Assembly (NCBI GenBank): GCA_934546935.1
Contig: CAKTEH010000004.1
Location: 15,756-79,755 of the forward strand
DNA: 64,000 bases
Direction of reading: 5' to 3'
From: an uncultured Eubacteriales bacterium
GTDB lineage: Bacteria > Bacillota > Clostridia > Oscillospirales > QAMX01
Below, piece after piece: positions 58,547 through 64,000 of the stretch. Position 1 is the stretch's first letter. Each line of letters starts with the position of its first letter. A model generated the notes under the pieces. The model was not told the DNA's origin and did not search any database. It saw only the letters and a program-made list of their open reading frames with translations. Position numbers and translations under genes: made by a program.

Positions 58547-58576
58547 TGACGTAGATTTTGAGGAAGGTATAGAGCA

Positions 58577-58633
58577 ATGACGAAAAATTTTGCATTTGCA
58601 TACTTTTACTTTTACTTTTATTTTGAAAAGTAA
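58577..58633 (+). CDS. Phe/Tyr-rich leader peptide (18 codons, not in ORF track): MTKNFAFAYFYFYFYFEK
   Basis: SD GAGGAAGG (58560-58567) lies 9 nt before ATG 58577, and the stop is TAA 58631-58633. It has 6 Phe and 4 Tyr codons, including 8 consecutive alternating TAC/TAT and TTT codons. It sits between a promoter and a terminator upstream of aroF. Confidence 0.7.
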   Translation: MTKNFAFAYFYFYFYFEK

Positions 58634-58702
58634 AAGTAAAGTTTGTTGCAAAGATTTCGGATATAAGAAGCACTTGAAAAAAGTAGAAAAGTGTAGTATC
58701 TC

Positions 58703-58735
58703 AGGCCTGCGGCAGACAAACCGCAGGCCTTTTTT
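58703..58735 (+). terminator. Intrinsic terminator (attenuator) in the aro leader
   Basis: AGGCCTGCGG (58703-58712), loop CAGACAAA, CCGCAGGCCT (58721-58730), then TTTTT. It lies 31 nt before the aroF start and before its SD AAAAGGAGAAG. Confidence 0.85.
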
Positions 58736-58766
58736 ATCGGGAAATTTCAGAAAAGGAGAAGTAAAA

Positions 58767-59771
58767 ATGATTGCGGTACTGAAAAAGGATACTTCGGAAA
58801 AGCAGCTTACCGGTCTGATTGAATGGCTGAAGATGATGGGGCTTGACGTCCATATTTCCAAAGGCGAGTACCAGACAATTGTCGGGCTTATTGGCGACAC
58901 CAGCCGCGTCGATATCGAGCTTTTGCAGAGTCTGGAAATTGTTGAGACGGTCAAACGGATTTCCGAACCGTTTAAAAGCGCGAACCGGAAATTCCATCCC
59001 GATGACACGATTGTAGATGTGTCCGGCGTGAAAGTTGGGGGCGGGAATTTTGTCGCCATTGCCGGTCCGTGTTCTGTCGAATCACCAGAGCAGATCTCCG
59101 CGGTGGCTGCAAGCGTAAAGGCTTCCGGCGCCTCGCTTCTGCGCGGCGGCGCATTTAAGCCGCGTACCTCGCCTTATGATTTCCAGGGCCTGAAGGCCGA
59201 AGGGATCGAGATGCTCTGTGAGGCGAAAAAGGCGACCGGACTGCCGATCGTGTCTGAAATTATCAGTATTAACTACCTTCCGCTCTTTGAAGACGTCGAT
59301 CTGATCCAGGTGGGTGCACGCAATATGCAAAATTTTGAGCTTCTGCGTGAGCTTGGACGGACGAAGAAGCCGATCCTGCTCAAACGCGGGCTGGCCAATA
59401 CGCTTAAGGAACTTTTAATGAGCGCAGAGTACATTATGGCTGGCGGGAACGAGCAGATTATCCTGTGTGAGCGCGGCATCCGCACTTTTGAAACCTATAC
59501 AAGAAATACCCTTGACCTGTCCGCTGTGCCAATGCTGCACGAACTGACACATTTGCCGGTTATCATCGACCCAAGCCATGCCACAGGAAAGGCAAGTCTT
59601 GTGCGGCCGATGGCACTTGCTGCTACGGCGGCGGGCGCGGACGGGTTGATGATTGAGGTGCATAATAATCCGCAAAAAGCTCTGTGCGATGGACCGCAGT
59701 CGTTGACGCCGGAGCAGTTTGCAGATGTGATGGAATCGGTGCGTGCGATCCGCGCGGTGGTGGAAGGATGA
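58767..59771 (+). CDS. aroF: 3-deoxy-7-phosphoheptulonate (DAHP) synthase, type I-beta with N-terminal ferredoxin-like/ACT regulatory domain
   Basis: MIAVLKKDTSEKQL...HISKGEYQTIVGLIGD...FHPDDTIVDVSGVKVGGGNFVAIAGPCSVES parallels the Thermotoga maritima DAHPS N-terminus, and the KDO8PS-like core follows. Start set to ATG 58767; the track start at 58590 lies inside the leader. Confidence 0.92.
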   Translation: MIAVLKKDTSEKQLTGLIEWLKMMGLDVHISKGEYQTIVGLIGDTSRVDIELLQSLEIVETVKRISEPFKSANRKFHPDDTIVDVSGVKVGGGNFVAIAGPCSVESPEQISAVAASVKASGASLLRGGAFKPRTSPYDFQGLKAEGIEMLCEAKKATGLPIVSEIISINYLPLFEDVDLIQVGARNMQNFELLRELGRTKKPILLKRGLANTLKELLMSAEYIMAGGNEQIILCERGIRTFETYTRNTLDLSAVPMLHELTHLPVIIDPSHATGKASLVRPMALAATAAGADGLMIEVHNNPQKALCDGPQSLTPEQFADVMESVRAIRAVVEG

Positions 59772-60604
59772 CGGTCGGTATTGTTGGACTCGGGCTTATC
59801 GGCGGTTCTCTGTCGAAAGCGTATAAGGCGGCGGGGGATACAGTTTACGGTTTTGACCGCGACGCAAAGGTTATGGCGCTGGCTACGGCTGACGCTGCGG
59901 TTGACGCGGCCTTAAGCCAGGATACAGTTTGCAGGTGTGAACTGATTTTTGTTGCGCTTTACCCCCATGCAGCTATTGCATGGCTAAAAGAAATGGCGCC
60001 GTATATTGCAAAGACTGCGGTTGTAATCGATGCCTGCGGCGTTAAGCAGGAGGTCTGCCAGGAAGGTATGGAGCTTGCCCGCCGCTTTGGCTTCCTGTTT
60101 GTCGGAGGCCATCCCATGGCGGGTACCCACCGCTCTGGGTATGCTGCATCCCGCGCGGATCTGTTTGCCGGCGCATCGATGGTGGTTGTCCCACCGGTGT
60201 TCGATGATATGGCGCTGCTTGTCCGGATCAAAGCGCTGCTTGCGCCGATGAAGCTGGGGCATATTAAGGTCTGCACTGCCAAGGTACATGATGAGATGAT
60301 CGCCTATACCTCTCAGATGCCGCATATTGTTTCCAACGCCTTTGTCAAAAGCCCGTATTATGAGAATCACGAAGGCTTCAGCGGGGGAAGCTTCCGGGAC
60401 TTTACCCGCGTAGCTGAATTGAATGAACATATGTGGGCGGAGCTATGCCTTTACAACCGTGAGGTATTGATGGATGAGCTTTTGCGGCTGCAGGCGCATC
60501 TGGAGGACTATCGTACGGCATTGGAAGCGCGCGACCAGGGGGCGCTGGAGTCCCTCTTCCGGGAAGGCAGCGAACGAAAAACCGGAAAAAAGCAGGAACA
60601 ATAA
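59768..60604 (+). CDS. tyrA: Prephenate dehydrogenase
   Basis: MTVGIVGLGLIGGSL Rossmann start and GGHPMAG motif. Its ATG overlaps the aroF stop (ATGA). Confidence 0.88.
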   Translation: MTVGIVGLGLIGGSLSKAYKAAGDTVYGFDRDAKVMALATADAAVDAALSQDTVCRCELIFVALYPHAAIAWLKEMAPYIAKTAVVIDACGVKQEVCQEGMELARRFGFLFVGGHPMAGTHRSGYAASRADLFAGASMVVVPPVFDDMALLVRIKALLAPMKLGHIKVCTAKVHDEMIAYTSQMPHIVSNAFVKSPYYENHEGFSGGSFRDFTRVAELNEHMWAELCLYNREVLMDELLRLQAHLEDYRTALEARDQGALESLFREGSERKTGKKQEQ

Positions 60605-60621
60605 AATCAGGAGCCAGATCT

Positions 60622-61680
60622 ATGGAAGAAATCAAAGTAAAAGCCTCTCGGGATTACCGGGTTTCCATCGGCGCGGGACTTTTTTCGCAGCTTTGTACCC
60701 GTATACCCTGCCGTACCGGTACGGCAGTTATTGTCAGCGATGAGGCAGTCGCCGCGCTCTATCTGAAAACGGTAAGCACTGTGCTGGAAGCAGGCGGCTA
60801 TCGTGTACAAAGCTTTCTTGTACCGCAGGGGGAGGAAGCGAAGAGCCTTTTGTGGTATGAAAAGCTTCTTTCTTTCCTTGCAGATGCGCATGTGACGCGC
60901 TCGGATACGATTTTTGCGCTTGGCGGCGGCGTAGTAGGAGATCTTTCCGGCTTCGCTGCGTCGAGTTATCTGCGCGGCATTGCTTATGTCCAGCTGCCTA
61001 CGACCCTGCTTGCGGCGGTCGATTCCTCGGTTGGCGGGAAGACGGCGATTAACCTGCCGGAGGGTAAAAACCTGGTCGGAGCATTTTATCAGCCGCATGC
61101 GGTAATTATGGATACCGATACCCTGTTCACGCTGAGTGCGGAAGTTTTTGCCGATGGATGCGCGGAAATCATAAAATACGGCGTACTGGCAGATGAAGCG
61201 CTGTTTTCTCTGCTGGCTCAGCGGGTTCTGACGGAAAACCGCCAGGATACGGCGCTTTTGGAAACGGTAATCGCGCGCTGCGTCGCGATCAAGCGGGATA
61301 TTGTCGCTATGGACGAGCGGGATACCGGCGTACGGAATCTTTTGAATCTTGGGCATACCTTTGGGCATGCAATTGAAAAATGCAGCGGTTTTTCTATCCG
61401 GCATGGACATGCCGTCGCCGCCGGGATGGCGATGGTCGGCCGGGTTGCGGCGCGGCACGGGATATGCGATGCGCAGGTGCCGGAAAAGATTGAAGCGCTA
61501 CTGCGCGCTTACGGATTGCCGGTGGAAAGTAATTTTTTTCCGAACGAGCTTCTTGCCGCATTGCGCTCCGACAAGAAAATCAGCGCAGGCGCCCTGCGTC
61601 TGATTCTCCCGGAACGTATCGGCGCCTGCCGTATGGAGGAAATCCCACTTGACGCGCTTGATGCGTATTTGTTGGGGTGA
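60622..61680 (+). CDS. aroB: 3-dehydroquinate synthase
   Basis: LGGGVVGDLSGFAA, LPTTLLA.VDSSVGGKT and GHTFGHAIE motifs. Confidence 0.95.
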   Translation: MEEIKVKASRDYRVSIGAGLFSQLCTRIPCRTGTAVIVSDEAVAALYLKTVSTVLEAGGYRVQSFLVPQGEEAKSLLWYEKLLSFLADAHVTRSDTIFALGGGVVGDLSGFAASSYLRGIAYVQLPTTLLAAVDSSVGGKTAINLPEGKNLVGAFYQPHAVIMDTDTLFTLSAEVFADGCAEIIKYGVLADEALFSLLAQRVLTENRQDTALLETVIARCVAIKRDIVAMDERDTGVRNLLNLGHTFGHAIEKCSGFSIRHGHAVAAGMAMVGRVAARHGICDAQVPEKIEALLRAYGLPVESNFFPNELLAALRSDKKISAGALRLILPERIGACRMEEIPLDALDAYLLG

Positions 61681-62936
61681 GTGGAATGGAAATTACGCTT
61701 TTCCGTCCGGATCCGCCGGAACGCGTACAGGCGGTTTCTTCAAAATCTGACGTGCACCGCCTGCTTATCTGCGCTGCTTTGGCCGATGCGCCGACGGTAA
61801 TTTCCTGTCCTGACCGCAATGCGGATATTCTGGCGACAGTGCGTGTGCTGACGGCATTGGGCGCGGGGATTTCCTATGAAAATGGGACATATTCCGTCCT
61901 CCCGATTCAAACGCTTCCGGATGGGGAAGTGTTGCTTGACTGTGGGGAAAGCGGTTCTACGCTGCGCTTTATCCTTCCGGTCGCCGCTGCGCTTGGCGTT
62001 CCAGCCCGGCTCATCGGGCAGGGCCGGCTGCTTGCGCGGCCTATGCGGCCGCTGACGGACTGCCTGTGCGCGCATGGCGCGAAGATTTGTGCCGGAGACG
62101 ACGGCATCTGGCTGCGCGGCAGGCTTGCGCCGGGATGCTATGAAATTTCCGGAAACATTTCTTCCCAATACATTACGGGTCTTCTGCTTGCGCTTCCCCT
62201 GTTGGATGGGCCAAGCCGGATTGTATTGACTGCTCCCCTGGAAAGCGCGCCCTATGTGGATTTGACGCTTGCCGCTCTATCCCGTTTTGGGATAAGTGTT
62301 GGTGTGTCGGCCGAGGGGTATGGGATTGTTCCTGCCCGGCTGCATACGCCGCAGACTCTGTGCGCGCAGGGAGACTGGTCGGGCGCTGCATTCTGGCTTG
62401 CCAGCGGAGCCATTGGCCCGCATCCGGTGCGTGTGGAGGGCCTTGATCCGGATTCCTGCCAAGGGGACCGGGAGATCTGCGGACTTTTATCGCGCTTCGG
62501 CGCGCAAGTGGAGTGGACTGACCATGCAGTAACTGTATTCCCGGCCCCGCTGCACGGTATAGAAATTCAAGCGCAGGACATCCCTGATCTGGTGCCGGTG
62601 TTGGCCGTTGTAGCGGCGGCGGCGCAGGGGGAAACGCGCATTACAGGCGCGGCACGGCTGCGGATGAAGGAAAGCGACCGTATTGAAACTGTGTGCGCTT
62701 TGCTGCGCGCCTTGGGTGGGAAGGCGGATGCGTTGGATGATGGCTTATGTATCTACGGCTGCGGATCCCTGTGCGGCGGCGTTGCCAATGGTGCAAATGA
62801 CCACAGGATCGTGATGAGCGCGGCAGTTGCGGCGCTGATCTGTCAGAAGCCGTTGGTGATCCGCGGGGCGGAGGCCGTAGCAAAGTCGTATCCCGGTTTT
62901 TTTGACCTGTACCGGCAAACAGACGGGAGGAAATGA
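61677..62936 (+). CDS. aroA: 3-phosphoshikimate 1-carboxyvinyltransferase (EPSP synthase)
   Basis: SKSDVHRLLICAAL, GESGSTLRF, ESDRI and DHRIVMSAAVAAL motifs. The start is either GTG 61677 (overlapping the aroB stop) or ATG 61686. Confidence 0.93.
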   Translation: MSGMEITLFRPDPPERVQAVSSKSDVHRLLICAALADAPTVISCPDRNADILATVRVLTALGAGISYENGTYSVLPIQTLPDGEVLLDCGESGSTLRFILPVAAALGVPARLIGQGRLLARPMRPLTDCLCAHGAKICAGDDGIWLRGRLAPGCYEISGNISSQYITGLLLALPLLDGPSRIVLTAPLESAPYVDLTLAALSRFGISVGVSAEGYGIVPARLHTPQTLCAQGDWSGAAFWLASGAIGPHPVRVEGLDPDSCQGDREICGLLSRFGAQVEWTDHAVTVFPAPLHGIEIQAQDIPDLVPVLAVVAAAAQGETRITGAARLRMKESDRIETVCALLRALGGKADALDDGLCIYGCGSLCGGVANGANDHRIVMSAAVAALICQKPLVIRGAEAVAKSYPGFFDLYRQTDGRK

Positions 62937-62943
62937 GGAACGT

Positions 62944-64000
62944 ATGTCAGGAACATTTGGAAAGAAGTTAAAGATATCCATATTCGGGGAATCACACGGC
63001 CCGGCTATTGGCCTGCTTGCCGACGGGTTTCCTGCCGGGGAAAAGGTGGATTTGGAGGAGCTTTCCCGTTTTCTTGCCCGACGCAGCGCTGTTGGGAAGT
63101 CCTATGCAACCGGGCGCAAGGAAGCGGATATACCGCATTTTCTGTCCGGTTTTCTGGACGGCCGGATCCTGTCTTCTCCGCTTTGCGTAATGATTGAAAA
63201 TACTGCGCAGCATTCTTCTGATTACGATAACCTGCGCGATATTCCTCGTCCCGGCCATGCTGATTATACAGCCTATTGCCGGCATGGACGGGATGTGGAT
63301 CTGCGCGGGGGCGGACATTATTCCGGGCGTCTGACCGCGCCGCTGTGTGTGGCGGGAGGGATTGCGATTCAGATCCTGCACCGGCGCGGTATTGAAGTGT
63401 TTGCACATATCCATAGCCTGCATGGTATCACGGATATGCCCTTTGATCCGATTGCTGTCGGCGCGCATGAACAGACACAGCTTGCCTGCGCCCAGCTGCC
63501 CGTGTTGGATGCGCAGGCGGGGGAAGCGATGCTTGCCGCAGTTCTCAAGGCAAAAGACAACTGCGATTCGGTTGGCGGCGTTATTGAATGCGCGGTAACG
63601 GGCCTCGCTCCCGGAAGCTGCGGGGAACACATATTTGACGGGCTGGATGGGCACATTGCGCAGGCGTTATTTGCCGTTCCTGCTGTTAAAGGAGTGGAAT
63701 TTGGGGCTGGTTTTTCCTGCGCGCAGTTGTATGGGAGCGAGAATAACGATCCCTTCTCGGTCGGGCCTGACGGCAGGATTACCTGTACCGGCAATCATCA
63801 CGGCGGCATTCTTGGTGGGATGGCCTCAGGCATGCCGGTTATCGTGCGGGCAGCAGTTAAACCGACGCCGTCAATTTACAAATGCCAGCCAAGCGTATCC
63901 ATACGCGAAAACTGCGATGTGCAGCTTGAGATCAAGGGCAGGCACGACCCATGTATTGTGCCGCGCGCTGTACCTTGTATAGAAAGCGCGGTAGCGGTGG
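62944..64000 (+). CDS. aroC: Chorismate synthase (3' end beyond window; not in ORF track)
   Basis: Hand translation from ATG 62944 gives MSGTFGKKLKISIFGESHGPAIGLLADGFPAGE...RPGHADYTA...GGGHYSGRLTAP. The frame stays open to the window edge. Confidence 0.9.
   Translation, partial: MSGTFGKKLKISIFGESHGPAIGLLADGFPAGEKVDLEELSRFLARRSAVGKSYATGRKEADIPHFLSGFLDGRILSSPLCVMIENTAQHSSDYDNLRDIPRPGHADYTAYCRHGRDVDLRGGGHYSGRLTAPLCVAGGIAIQILHRRGIEVFAHIHSLHGITDMPFDPIAVGAHEQTQLACAQLPVLDAQAGEAMLAAVLKAKDNCDSVGGVIECAVTGLAPGSCGEHIFDGLDGHIAQALFAVPAVKGVEFGAGFSCAQLYGSENNDPFSVGPDGRITCTGNHHGGILGGMASGMPVIVRAAVKPTPSIYKCQPSVSIRENCDVQLEIKGRHDPCIVPRAVPCIESAVAV

Noticed and set aside
58418-59059. 213-aa minus-strand ORF covering the aro leader and the start of aroF
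   Set aside because: It runs through the promoter, leader peptide, terminator and aroF N-terminus on the opposite strand, and its Ser/Phe/Ile-rich composition derives from the AT-rich leader.

Overview
This is a GC-rich, Clostridia-like chromosomal segment. Supporting signs are sporulation gene yunB, a SpoVB/MurJ-type flippase, T-box regulation and a two-subunit class I fumarase. It carries mostly housekeeping metabolism, and I saw no rRNA, CRISPR array, transposase or integrase. Left to right: a cobalamin riboswitch on the minus strand whose regulated gene lies beyond the left edge; a T-box-controlled alanine aminotransferase (alaA); an RluA/RluD-type pseudouridine synthase with an unlisted Cys-rich mini-ORF; glycerate kinase; a DUF4097 membrane protein; fumarate hydratase alpha/beta; a Na/Pi cotransporter divergent from a PhoP/PhoR-like two-component pair, with Pho-box-like repeats between them; S51 peptidase, RidA, flippase, Fe-S aldo/keto reductase and PepD; a GH35-like hydrolase; a cluster of ECF sigma, anti-sigma, DUF4358 lipoprotein, MBOAT and DHHW genes; BlaI/BlaR1-like genes behind a perfect palindromic operator; XRE membrane regulator and Mn catalase; tRNA-Leu(CAA); hydrolases; fba divergent from a PPi-type phosphofructokinase; a clan GH-A hydrolase, a PLP decarboxylase and a CE15 glucuronoyl esterase; GT4-ligA-yunB; an FAD oxidoreductase preceded by an orphan terminator; DUF3737; an AT-rich islet with a P-loop protein; and a 12-gene hisZGDCBHAF(IE)J-proBA array on the minus strand, divergent from an aroF-tyrA-aroB-aroA-aroC operon. 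The most interesting signal is an unlisted 18-codon Phe/Tyr-rich leader ORF (MTKNFAFAYFYFYFYFEK). It has a strong SD, a 16-bp hairpin and an intrinsic terminator, and it sits just upstream of the aro operon. That makes it a candidate ribosome-mediated attenuator, which is uncommon in Firmicutes. All calls come from reading the sequence and ORF translations by eye. No database search or RNA folding was run.
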